Of a stretch of DNA of 64,000 nt, positions 36,592-45,685 are shown in pieces; the first letter of the stretch is position 1; each line of letters begins with the position of its first letter. Under the pieces are notes generated by a model. It ran no database searches. It saw only the letters and a list, made by a program, of their open reading frames with translations, and was not told where the DNA came from. Source of the DNA: a candidate division WOR-3 bacterium (GTDB lineage Bacteria; Hydrothermota; Tepidihabitantia; Tepidihabitantales; Tepidihabitantaceae); contig CBFGKH010000009.1 in NCBI GenBank assembly GCA_965649295.1, forward strand, positions 24,025 through 88,024, given 5' to 3'. Made by a program: the position numbers and the translations under genes.

Positions 36592-37695
36592 GTGCCCAAG
36601 ATTAGAGTTGGCTTGATTGGTGTCGGTAACTGCGCGAGTAGCCTTGTGCAAGGCGTACATTACTACCGCAACGCCAAAGACGGCGAATCAATACCCGGAA
36701 TAATGCATCCCAGCCTTGGTGGTTATCACATCGGTGACATTGAGTTCACGGTGGCGATTGACATTGACAAGCGTAAGGTCGGCAAAGACTTATCGCAGGC
36801 AATCTATACCTATCCTAACAATACTTGGAAGTTCGCTGACGTTCCGAAGACCGGCGTAAAGGTACTGCGGGGAATGACCCACGATGGTCTGGGTTACTAT
36901 CTTTCACAGGTGATTGAGAAAGCACCAGGCCCGACAGCTGACATCGTTCGGGCATTGAAGGAGAGCAAGACCGACGTGGTTGTTAACTTCTTGCCAGTGG
37001 GCAGCGAGGAGGCCACGAAATGGTACGTTGAGCAAGTACTCAAAGCCGGCTGTGCGTTTGTCAACGGCATCCCGGTGTTTATCGCGTCGCAGAAGTATTG
37101 GCACCGGCGGTTCAAGGCAGCCGGGCTGCCGGTGCTCGGTGATGACATCAAATCGCAGGTTGGAGCGACGATTGTTCACCGGACACTAGTCTCGCTCTTC
37201 AATGATCGTGGGGTCAAGCTGCTGAAGACCATGCAGTTAAATGTCGGCGGCAACACCGATTTTCTCAATATGCTCGAACGGGAACGGTTGCACTCGAAGA
37301 AGATCTCCAAAACCGGTGCGGTGACGTCGTTGCTTAAGTATGATATTGGTGCCGAGAACGTTCATGTTGGCCCGTCAGACTACGTTGCCTGGCTCAAAGA
37401 TCGCAAATGGTGCTACCTGCGTATGGAAGGGCAGACTTTTGGCGACGTACCGCTCAATATTGAGCTGAAGCTGGAAGTCTGGGATTCACCAAATTCAGCG
37501 GGCGTGATGATTGATGCTATCCGTTGTGCCAAGCTTGCTCTCGACCACAAGCTGTCCGGCAGTATCATTGAACCATCGAGCTACTTCTTCAAGACGCCGC
37601 CGGTCCAGTTTCCAGACGACGTCTGTCGCGATAAGACCGAGGCTTTTGCCCGGCGTTATGGGCTCAAGTCCAGCGTGAAGTCAAAGACTCGATAG
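36592..37695 (+). CDS. myo-inositol-1-phosphate synthase (inositol-3-phosphate synthase), short bacterial/archaeal type
   Basis: GTG at 36592 with GAGGAGG SD; N-terminal [15 protein letters not shown] Rossmann motif as in prokaryotic MIPS; central NGIPVFIAS and LNVGGNTDF blocks. Confidence 0.7.
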   Translation: MPKIRVGLIGVGNCASSLVQGVHYYRNAKDGESIPGIMHPSLGGYHIGDIEFTVAIDIDKRKVGKDLSQAIYTYPNNTWKFADVPKTGVKVLRGMTHDGLGYYLSQVIEKAPGPTADIVRALKESKTDVVVNFLPVGSEEATKWYVEQVLKAGCAFVNGIPVFIASQKYWHRRFKAAGLPVLGDDIKSQVGATIVHRTLVSLFNDRGVKLLKTMQLNVGGNTDFLNMLERERLHSKKISKTGAVTSLLKYDIGAENVHVGPSDYVAWLKDRKWCYLRMEGQTFGDVPLNIELKLEVWDSPNSAGVMIDAIRCAKLALDHKLSGSIIEPSSYFFKTPPVQFPDDVCRDKTEAFARRYGLKSSVKSKTR

Positions 37696-37708
37696 AAGCG
37701 CGGCCGAA

Positions 37709-38344
37709 TTGAAGCGCGGCGTCCTCATTACTTTCGAGGGTGTCGAGGGTTCGGGCAAGTCAACCCAGGCACAACGACTGCATGGTTGGTTACGGAGCCA
37801 GGGATTAGACTGTGTGCTCTCGCGTGAACCTGGTGGAACGCGGATTGGTGACAGAATTCGTGATATTCTGCTCGATCCTGCCAATGCAGCAATGGACAGC
37901 CGGACGGAGTTACTGCTCTACTTGGCAAGTCGAAATCAGCATGTCCGCGAATTGGTGCTGCCAGCAATCCAAGTGGGCAGAATCGTCATCCTTGATCGCT
38001 ATGCCGATTCCTCGGTTGCCTATCAGGGTTTCGGCCGCGGCCTCGGCGAGCGGCTCGTATCTCGGCTAAACAAGTTCGCCACTGCTGGGATCAGGCCGCA
38101 GCTTACCTTATTGGTGGACATCCCTGTTTCGTTGGGGCAGCATCGTAAGGCAGCAACTCGGCTTGACAGACTTGAACAGGAGCGGGTAGAATTTCACGAG
38201 CGCGTAAGAGCCGGGTATCTACGACTGGCACGGCGGGCCGCTGGCCGCTGGCGGGTCCTCGATGGCCGGCGACCGGCTGATGAAATTGAGAAAGAGATTC
38301 GCGGACTGGTGACTGAGCTACTAACTCGAAAGGGATTACTCTAG
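37709..38344 (+). CDS. tmk: thymidylate kinase
   Basis: LITFEGVEGSGKST P-loop, DRY-like and lid region; 211 aa. Confidence 0.85.
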   Translation: MKRGVLITFEGVEGSGKSTQAQRLHGWLRSQGLDCVLSREPGGTRIGDRIRDILLDPANAAMDSRTELLLYLASRNQHVRELVLPAIQVGRIVILDRYADSSVAYQGFGRGLGERLVSRLNKFATAGIRPQLTLLVDIPVSLGQHRKAATRLDRLEQERVEFHERVRAGYLRLARRAAGRWRVLDGRRPADEIEKEIRGLVTELLTRKGLL

Positions 38345-39888
38345 TGCGCAGACAGCGTATTGCAGTTCTTGTGGCCGCTATCGTTCTGGCGCTGGCAGTT
38401 GGCGGATTCTTTGGCCGGCTCTGGGCTCAGCGCGGTGCGAACCTAATGCAGAGTCTGCAGCTGTTTGAGCGGGTTGTGAGCATCGTACTGACCAATTACG
38501 TCGAACGAGTTGATCCCGCCAAGCTCATCACCGACGGTATCAAGGGTATGCTCAATGCGCTTGATCCTTACACCGAGTATCTCGACGAGAAGGGTTTTAA
38601 GGAACTACGGGTTCGTACTGAAGGTCAGTTTGGCGGCATCGGTATTCATATCGGTGTTGTTGATGAACGGCTGACCGTTATTTCGCCCATTGAAGGCACC
38701 CCTGCCGACCGCGCTGGAATTCGGGGCGGCGACCGTATTGCCAAAATCGAAGGGAAGAGCACTGTCGGTTTCACCACTGATGATGCCGTCAAGTTGATAC
38801 GCGGCGAGCCTGGAACCAAGGTGAAGCTCGAAATCGCCAGACCCGGGGTTGAGGGATTGCTGTCCTTCGAACTGACCCGGGAGGTGATTAACATCAAGGC
38901 GGTTCCCTACGCCGGCATTGTGGCGCCGGAAATTGGGTATGTTCGGCTGGCCGATTTCTCGCGGGCGGCGACCCGCGACCTAAGCCGGGCTCTGGATTCA
39001 CTTTTTGCTGTCGGCGCCAAGAAGATCATCCTCGACCTGCGGGCCAACGGAGGAGGACTACTGGCCGAAGGGCAGGATGTTTCTGATCTCTTTCTCCCGC
39101 CAGGTCGGTTGATTGTTAAGACTCGTGGCCGCGTACCGGAGAGCGAGCGGGAATACCGTAGCGAAGAGGAGGATAAGCACGGCGACTACCCGATGATTGT
39201 ACTGGTTGACCGTGGCAGCGCGTCGGCTTCAGAGATTGTTGCTGGGGCGCTCCAAGACTGGGAAAGGGCGCTCGTTCTTGGCGACACGACATTTGGGAAA
39301 GGTTCTGTTCAAACTATCCATCAACTCGGCCCCGACGTCGCGGTAAAGATCACTACCGCTTACTGGTACACCCCGAGTGGCCGCTGCATCAACCGACGCC
39401 ACGATCGCGAGGGTGCCGTCATTGTTGACAGCACTGCTCGTGATACGACTCAGTACCGGACGCTTGGGCGTTTGCGGCTGCCGGTTTCTGGTGGCGGAGC
39501 AATTGTTCCGGACTACTATCTTGGTTACGAGCGGTTGTCGTCATTTGAGCTGCGGATCACCCGTGACGCATTCTTTGACTTCGCGGTCGACTATAACAAC
39601 AGTCACGCTGGCTTGAACGCGAGTTTTGTGGCCGACTCAGTCGTGCTCGGTCAGTTCCGTAACTATCTAAGGACGGTGAAGAATCTCGAGTTCACCGATG
39701 CCGAGTTCGATTCCAGCCGCGATTACATCGCCGGCGAGATTGAACGCGAGGTGGTCGGTAAGTTGCTGGGGATGCGCGGAGAGTATCAGGTCAGACTGCG
39801 CCGCGACCCGCACGTGAAGAAGGCAGTCGAGCTACTCGGGCCGGCGCGGACAAGTGAAGCACTGATCCGCAGCGCCCGGCAGTCCTGA
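38344..39888 (+). CDS. ctp: carboxyl-terminal processing protease (peptidase S41)
   Basis: N-terminal TM/signal, PDZ domain, and S41 catalytic region (GSASASEI, TFGKGSVQ). Confidence 0.8.
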   Translation: MRRQRIAVLVAAIVLALAVGGFFGRLWAQRGANLMQSLQLFERVVSIVLTNYVERVDPAKLITDGIKGMLNALDPYTEYLDEKGFKELRVRTEGQFGGIGIHIGVVDERLTVISPIEGTPADRAGIRGGDRIAKIEGKSTVGFTTDDAVKLIRGEPGTKVKLEIARPGVEGLLSFELTREVINIKAVPYAGIVAPEIGYVRLADFSRAATRDLSRALDSLFAVGAKKIILDLRANGGGLLAEGQDVSDLFLPPGRLIVKTRGRVPESEREYRSEEEDKHGDYPMIVLVDRGSASASEIVAGALQDWERALVLGDTTFGKGSVQTIHQLGPDVAVKITTAYWYTPSGRCINRRHDREGAVIVDSTARDTTQYRTLGRLRLPVSGGGAIVPDYYLGYERLSSFELRITRDAFFDFAVDYNNSHAGLNASFVADSVVLGQFRNYLRTVKNLEFTDAEFDSSRDYIAGEIEREVVGKLLGMRGEYQVRLRRDPHVKKAVELLGPARTSEALIRSARQS

Positions 39889-39921
39889 GGCCCTTTGGTC
39901 GGCCACAGCAGCTAGACAAAG

Positions 39922-40755
39922 GTGCCGGAACTGCCAGAAGTCGAGACCATCCGACGCCGACTCTCTTCAGCAGTTGTTGGTCGGAAGATAACGGCGGTAC
40001 GTGTCCAGCGGGCTGACATCGTCGGTTTCCCGGCTAGTACTCGGGCCTTTGCCAACCGTGTCCGTCGCAGGACTATCATCGCTGTTCTGCGGCGGGGGAA
40101 ATACCTGATACTTCAGTTAGACAACGGCGGGCAACTGGTTATTCATCTGCGACTTAGCGGTCATCTGGCTGTCACTAGGTCACGTCACAGACTCCCATTT
40201 GAGAGAGCTCGTTTCGAGCTGGGTGATGGTCTGGTCCTGGTTTTTGTTGAGCCGCGGGCCTTGGGACGCATCTATGCTCTCGAAGCAGCTGGTCAATATC
40301 CAACGGTTCTAGCTGGACTAGCAAAGATGGGACCGGAGCCGATTACCGCTTCTTTCACGGCTGAGTTTCTGGCGGCCAAACTTCGGGGCAGAAGGTCCGT
40401 AATCAAGACTCTGCTGCTCGATCAGCGGGTCTGTTGTGGCGTCGGTAATATCTATTCCGATGAGGCGCTGTTTCGGGCTGGTGTGCGTCCGGATCGGCAG
40501 GCCGGTTCACTCAGTAGAACTGAGGTTATTCGACTCTGGCGCTCGCTGCGGCAGGTACTGCGGGATGGCATCCGTTGGTGCGGTACGACGATGCTCGACT
40601 CGCGCTATGTTCTGCCCGATGGCGCAACCGGTGGGTTTCAGCACCGGTTGCGAGTCTTTGGCCGCGCCGGCGAACCCTGTTGCTGTGGTAGTACAATTCA
40701 GCGGCGACGGATCGGCGGCCGCAGCACCCATTTCTGTCCAAGTTGTCAGGCATAG
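39922..40755 (+). CDS. mutM: formamidopyrimidine-DNA glycosylase
   Basis: MPELPEVETIRRRL N-terminus, H2TH domain, C-terminal zinc finger CCGS...FCPSCQ. Confidence 0.85.
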   Translation: MPELPEVETIRRRLSSAVVGRKITAVRVQRADIVGFPASTRAFANRVRRRTIIAVLRRGKYLILQLDNGGQLVIHLRLSGHLAVTRSRHRLPFERARFELGDGLVLVFVEPRALGRIYALEAAGQYPTVLAGLAKMGPEPITASFTAEFLAAKLRGRRSVIKTLLLDQRVCCGVGNIYSDEALFRAGVRPDRQAGSLSRTEVIRLWRSLRQVLRDGIRWCGTTMLDSRYVLPDGATGGFQHRLRVFGRAGEPCCCGSTIQRRRIGGRSTHFCPSCQA

Positions 40756-40761
40756 GAGGGC

Positions 40762-41694
40762 ATGTTGCAGAGTCGTACACTGGGGATTATTGTTCACGGT
40801 GGAGTGGGAACAATTGCCGACAAATCGGCCTGCGCCGATGGCCTTGTTCCGGCCATCGAGGAGGGTTATCGGTTGTTGCGTCAAAGCGCTAGTGCCCAGG
40901 AAGCAGTGGTGACTGCAGTGCGAATTCTCGAAGAGAGCGGGTTGTACAATGCTGGCAGCGGAGCTGAGTTGAACGCTGACGGGCAGCAGGAGATGGACGC
41001 GGCGTTGATGACGCAGGATGGCCGATTTGGTGGGGTCTGCTGCATCAGTGGGGTGAGGAATCCGATTCTTGTTGCCGAGAAGGTGATGCTTGATACCGAC
41101 TATCTGCTGCTTGCGGGCGAAGGAGCTCGGCAGTTCGCGCGTCGGTGCGGATTTGCCGAAAGTGATGAAGTCAGTGAAAGCGCACGCCAGCGGCTGCAGC
41201 AATTCACCGCGGCCAGTACAGCAGCAGCCGGCGGCGTTGAACAGACGGTAAGTCAAACGGGCGCCGACGCGGTCCTTGGCAAAGATACCTATATCGGCAC
41301 TGTTGGAGCAGTGGCAGTTGACAAGCATGGTGCGCTTGCTGTAGCCAGTTCAGCTGGTGGGCCTGTTGGTCGTTTGCGCGGTAGGGTCAGCGACACGGCT
41401 ATCATTGGCGCTGGTATCTATGCCGGTCCAAGCGGTGCGGTCGCTTGCGCCGGTCAGGCTGAGGAGATAATGCGAGGACTGCTGGCGCGAGAGATTGTCG
41501 CCAAGATGGCTACAATGCCGGGTTCGGTGGCGGTCACGCTGGCCATGGCTGAAGCGCGGCGGCGAAAGATTCGTTGTGGCGTTATCGGTTTCGACGCTCA
41601 TGGCGCGGTCTGCTACGGTCACACGACGCCTGAGCTTGCTTACGGCTACAAAGTGGCGGAGCGGCTTTTTCTCTTTGTTGCTGCGAGAAAGTAA
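40762..41694 (+). CDS. isoaspartyl peptidase/L-asparaginase (Ntn-hydrolase, plant-type asparaginase family)
   Basis: IVHGGVG N-terminus; nucleophile region GTVGAVAVD; 310 aa. Confidence 0.75.
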   Translation: MLQSRTLGIIVHGGVGTIADKSACADGLVPAIEEGYRLLRQSASAQEAVVTAVRILEESGLYNAGSGAELNADGQQEMDAALMTQDGRFGGVCCISGVRNPILVAEKVMLDTDYLLLAGEGARQFARRCGFAESDEVSESARQRLQQFTAASTAAAGGVEQTVSQTGADAVLGKDTYIGTVGAVAVDKHGALAVASSAGGPVGRLRGRVSDTAIIGAGIYAGPSGAVACAGQAEEIMRGLLAREIVAKMATMPGSVAVTLAMAEARRRKIRCGVIGFDAHGAVCYGHTTPELAYGYKVAERLFLFVAARK

Positions 41695-41748
41695 CTCCAC
41701 CATCTTGATTGACCGCACACTTCACTCGGCTAGACTGGTAACACTCTG

Positions 41749-44550
41749 ATGTTACGTCTGTTCAGTGCCTTGCTCATTGTTGCCCAAGCCGGTGCCCAGG
41801 TTTCCTACTTTGGCAAGAACAAGCTTCAAACCAGAGCCTACGATTTCAAGAGCTACGAGACCGAGCACTTTCAGATACTGTTCTATTCCGGTGGTGAGGC
41901 TTTGGCCGAGTTTGCCGCGCGTTCGGCGGAGATGTACTACGCGACGATCAGTCGCGACTTAGGAGTTGAGCTAGAAGGTAAGACACCGCTACTGCTGTAT
42001 CTTTCGCCCGGCCAGTTTGGCGAGACGAACGTCATCCTTGATATCCTTGAGGAGGGGGTCGGCGGCTTTTCGGAACTAATCCGAAACCGAATCGTCATTC
42101 CGTTCGACGGTTCCTACAGCAATCTGCATCACGTCATTGGTCACGAGCTTGTCCACATCTTTCAGTTTCAGCTATTCTACCGCAATCGGCTGTCGGCGCT
42201 GTTGGGGGCGGTGAGTGAGTTTCGGATTCCGCTTTGGGTCATTGAGGGTCTGGCCGAGTTTATGTCGGGTTGGGTGAACCAGACCTCGGAGGCGTTCATG
42301 CGCGACTTGGTGCTAAACAACCGGCTCGTGCCCTTGCAAAACCTGCACGACGGGATGGGGTACTTGGTCTATCGCGAGGGCGAGTCGTTCTATCACTTCG
42401 TTGCCGAACGCTATGGCCGAAATCGTGTTTTCGAGTTCATCCATCTACTGCGGAGTAAACGTAGTCTCGATGCCGCCTTTGCGGCCGCGTTCGGGATGAC
42501 GATCGAGCGATTCAATGCCGAGTGGTCGCGATGGTTGCAGCTGAAGTATTGGCCGCAGATCGGTCGGTCGGTAGCGTTTGATACGCTCGCGCGAAAGCTC
42601 ACTGACCATGTCCGCGACGGGTCGGTCTATAACACTGCTCCGGCAATCAGCCCAAGCGGTAACTCGGTTGCAATCGTGTCGGACCGCAATGAATACGCCG
42701 ATGTCTATGTTATTTCGACTGTTGATGGCCGAGTGCTTGACCGTGTGGTGCGCGGTGGGCGGTCGGGCGGCTTTGAGGGTATGCACATACTCAGACCGGG
42801 CGTTGCTTGGTCACCGGATGAGCGGCTGATTGCTTTGTCCACGACAACTGCCGGCCGGGACAACATTACCATAGTTACCTATCCTGGCGGCAGGGTGCAG
42901 CGGCGCATCTATGGGGCGCTTGATGCAGCATACTCGCCGCGTTTCAGCGCCGATGGAAGGCGACTGCTGTTTGTCGGGTTGAAGAACGGTTACAGTGATA
43001 TCTATGAGACTGAGGTCGTTGGTGGGGAACCGAGACGACTGACCTATGATATTTACGATGACCGCGACCCGGCAGTTGCGAGTGATGGCCAGTTGCTCGC
43101 TTTCGTTTCGGATCGGCCTGACCCGAACGATGAATGGCGGCCCGGCGCCTATGCGGTGTGGCTGCGTGACAGAGACGGTACCCTGCGAAGGATCAGTGAA
43201 CGTTATGCGACGGTCACGTCACCATGCTTTGCGTCTGGTGATAGCTTACTGCTCTATGCTGTGTTCGATTCAGTCGGCTCGATTGTTGTTCACTCACTAC
43301 CCGAGAACAGGCCAGTCCGCCGGGCCGAGCTGCTCGGTGAAGTCAGCTATCTGACGCTTTCGCGGGACGAGAAGAAGCTTACTTTTGCCTATTACGACAA
43401 TGTCGGTTGGGACGTCTGTCTTGTGACTGACCCGTTGACTAGGCTGGCCGAGGATACCACGGCAAGTCGTTCTGTACTTAGCGATACGATGCGGCGTACG
43501 AGCACAGGCCTTGACTTCAGTCGGGTGCGACCACTCGGGTTTCGGTTAGCGCTCGACTACGCGCTCGGTGCAGCATCCTGGTCATCTGGTTCCCGAAGTG
43601 GGGTGACCGGAACTGTTTACTTGGCGGCCAGCGACATCCTCGGTAATCATCGCTTCATGTTTGCGACTGATATCACCGGTGACATTGTCAATTCCGATTT
43701 CTATTTTGCCTACTGGTTGCTGCCTTATCGGGTTGACTACGGTTTCGGTTTGTTTCAGCAGCGCGGCTACGCCTACTATCTGAACAACCTGACGGTGGTT
43801 GACCCGATTGCTAGAGGGGTGACGACGATAGCTGCCTATCCCTTTGATCGGTTTCTGCGGGCCGAGCTGGGCTTGACCGGCTATGTCGTTCACGAGGATA
43901 CTTGGGTGTTGCGCCGGGACGAGGGCTATGAGCTTCTCGGTGCCGGCAATGTACTGACTAGCTACGCGAGTCCTGGTCTTGTTTTCGATAACACCCTCTG
44001 GACAGTTGAGGGGCCGGCCCGGGGTGTGCGGGCGCGGCTGGCTGGCGACCTGAGTCTATTTGGTGCCAAGCGGTTTTGGGAACCCTATGCTGATTTGCGG
44101 TCTTATTTGCGGCTAGGACGGCGCTATACTTTGGCCAGTCGGCTTGCCGCTGCTGCTGGGCTGGGGCCTGATGGCAGTCGCTACACGATGGGCGGCGAGT
44201 ATGTCCGCGGTTACAACTGGTATGAGTTCGTTGACAACCCTGGTCCGTTGCTCTCTATCGCCAGCCTGGAGCTGCGGTATCCGTTTATTGAGCGGCTGAA
44301 GCTCGGTTTTCCGCTGCCAATTGAAATCGGTGGTATCCGTGGCGTTGCCTTTGCCGATGCCGGACTGGTAGTGAATGACTCAGTGCACGTCTGGCAGGGG
44401 GGTAGGCTCAAAGACCTGAAGGTCGGGCTTGGCTTCGGGCTTCGGGTTCAGATATCCTATTTCGCTCTCAAGTTGGACTGGGCAAAGCCAGTCTCCAGCA
44501 CCGCCGATCCCGGATGGAAAGTCGCCCTTGGTCTTGGCAGTGACTTTTAG
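41749..44550 (+). CDS. large outer-membrane protein: HExxH metallopeptidase-like domain, TolB-like PD40 beta-propeller, and C-terminal Omp85/D15 (bacterial surface antigen) beta-barrel
   Basis: Signal peptide; HELVHIFQ plus downstream EGLAEF (gluzincin-like); repeated SPDG/SxDG PD40 blades; C-terminal VRGY...GLGFGLRVQ...LDWAKP...ALGLGSDF typical of surface antigen D15 domain. Confidence 0.55.
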   Translation: MLRLFSALLIVAQAGAQVSYFGKNKLQTRAYDFKSYETEHFQILFYSGGEALAEFAARSAEMYYATISRDLGVELEGKTPLLLYLSPGQFGETNVILDILEEGVGGFSELIRNRIVIPFDGSYSNLHHVIGHELVHIFQFQLFYRNRLSALLGAVSEFRIPLWVIEGLAEFMSGWVNQTSEAFMRDLVLNNRLVPLQNLHDGMGYLVYREGESFYHFVAERYGRNRVFEFIHLLRSKRSLDAAFAAAFGMTIERFNAEWSRWLQLKYWPQIGRSVAFDTLARKLTDHVRDGSVYNTAPAISPSGNSVAIVSDRNEYADVYVISTVDGRVLDRVVRGGRSGGFEGMHILRPGVAWSPDERLIALSTTTAGRDNITIVTYPGGRVQRRIYGALDAAYSPRFSADGRRLLFVGLKNGYSDIYETEVVGGEPRRLTYDIYDDRDPAVASDGQLLAFVSDRPDPNDEWRPGAYAVWLRDRDGTLRRISERYATVTSPCFASGDSLLLYAVFDSVGSIVVHSLPENRPVRRAELLGEVSYLTLSRDEKKLTFAYYDNVGWDVCLVTDPLTRLAEDTTASRSVLSDTMRRTSTGLDFSRVRPLGFRLALDYALGAASWSSGSRSGVTGTVYLAASDILGNHRFMFATDITGDIVNSDFYFAYWLLPYRVDYGFGLFQQRGYAYYLNNLTVVDPIARGVTTIAAYPFDRFLRAELGLTGYVVHEDTWVLRRDEGYELLGAGNVLTSYASPGLVFDNTLWTVEGPARGVRARLAGDLSLFGAKRFWEPYADLRSYLRLGRRYTLASRLAAAAGLGPDGSRYTMGGEYVRGYNWYEFVDNPGPLLSIASLELRYPFIERLKLGFPLPIEIGGIRGVAFADAGLVVNDSVHVWQGGRLKDLKVGLGFGLRVQISYFALKLDWAKPVSSTADPGWKVALGLGSDF

Positions 44551-45685
44551 GTGGTGCTATCTTGTCACCGGGCTACTTCTCTGCTGGTATTGTTCTTTGG
44601 CAGTCGGGTTGGCCGAGCCAATTGACCTGCGGCAGTCGCTGGCCAAACTCGACAGCGCGAGCTCGTTCCGGTTCAGTCTCTCCTATCACGCCGGTGCGGG
44701 TTGGGGGATAGCGGCCAGTTTTCAGGGCTGGCGTCGTCGGCCCGACACCGAATTATGGGCCGGGACGTGGACCAACCAAGGGGTCAGTTCGCAGGTGGCG
44801 ATGGTCGCTAGCGGCAGCAAGCAGTACACAAAGGGCGATGATGGCCAGTGGCTGCTGACCCAACGCGGGGTGGAGACCAGAATACTTGACCAGGTGCAAG
44901 CAGTCCTGCTCGATACGATGGCATCCTTGCTGCGTCCCGGTGTTTATGGCTTTGCGGCGCGGATGCCCCTGTTCGATGCCGCCGCAGCTGGACGGTATCA
45001 GGGCGAGATTAGAATCGGCCGTAACGGAATGCCGGTTGCCATAGCCGTGCGTGAGACTGGCGGGAAGAGTGGCTGGGAGTGCCGGTTCAGCCGGTTCGGT
45101 TGGCCGGTGCGCATCCGGCTGCCGTTTGTCCCGGCCCAGACGATTCGTATCCAGCCCGAGACGAGGCACTGCTGCTGTGTTGTGCAGCAGGCGCGACGGC
45201 GGCTGATTGCCAGGTTTCGGTCAATCGGAGTTGATGTTCGGCTGGCGGCTGGTGGCCGAGTCATGGTTGACCAGGCGCTACCGGTTTCGCTCCTCGGAAT
45301 GCTGGTTGGACAGGGCAAGGTCGAGCTCTGGTCTGCTGTTCGCACTGAAGACACGGCTGGCCAGCCAGTGGCTGGCGATGTCGCGCGCCGGGTTCGACTT
45401 GAACATTGGCTGCTTGCTAACCGCTCGCTGCTTGCTCGGCCTGATACCTTGCTACCGCTTTCGCCAACTCTGACTTGTGCGATTCTACCCGATTCAGTCG
45501 CTCGACTGGTAGCCCTAGTGGTTGATGGGCAAGTCCTTGATGTCCGTGAGGTGGAGCCTTACCAGGACAAGGTGCAGTTCTCTGAACTGGGTTCATCACC
45601 GTTTGTCGCGGCAATCGCGGCGATGGCGCAAGCCGCGCCATTGCCATTCGGTTTTAGGGTAGTCGAGGTCGGTAATGGCCGCTAG
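44540..45685 (+). CDS. hypothetical secreted protein
   Basis: ORF with plausible GTG/TTG start (44528-44540) giving signal-like N-terminus VTFRWCYLVTGLLLCWYCSLAVGLA; no recognisable domain. Confidence 0.3.
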   Translation: MTFRWCYLVTGLLLCWYCSLAVGLAEPIDLRQSLAKLDSASSFRFSLSYHAGAGWGIAASFQGWRRRPDTELWAGTWTNQGVSSQVAMVASGSKQYTKGDDGQWLLTQRGVETRILDQVQAVLLDTMASLLRPGVYGFAARMPLFDAAAAGRYQGEIRIGRNGMPVAIAVRETGGKSGWECRFSRFGWPVRIRLPFVPAQTIRIQPETRHCCCVVQQARRRLIARFRSIGVDVRLAAGGRVMVDQALPVSLLGMLVGQGKVELWSAVRTEDTAGQPVAGDVARRVRLEHWLLANRSLLARPDTLLPLSPTLTCAILPDSVARLVALVVDGQVLDVREVEPYQDKVQFSELGSSPFVAAIAAMAQAAPLPFGFRVVEVGNGR

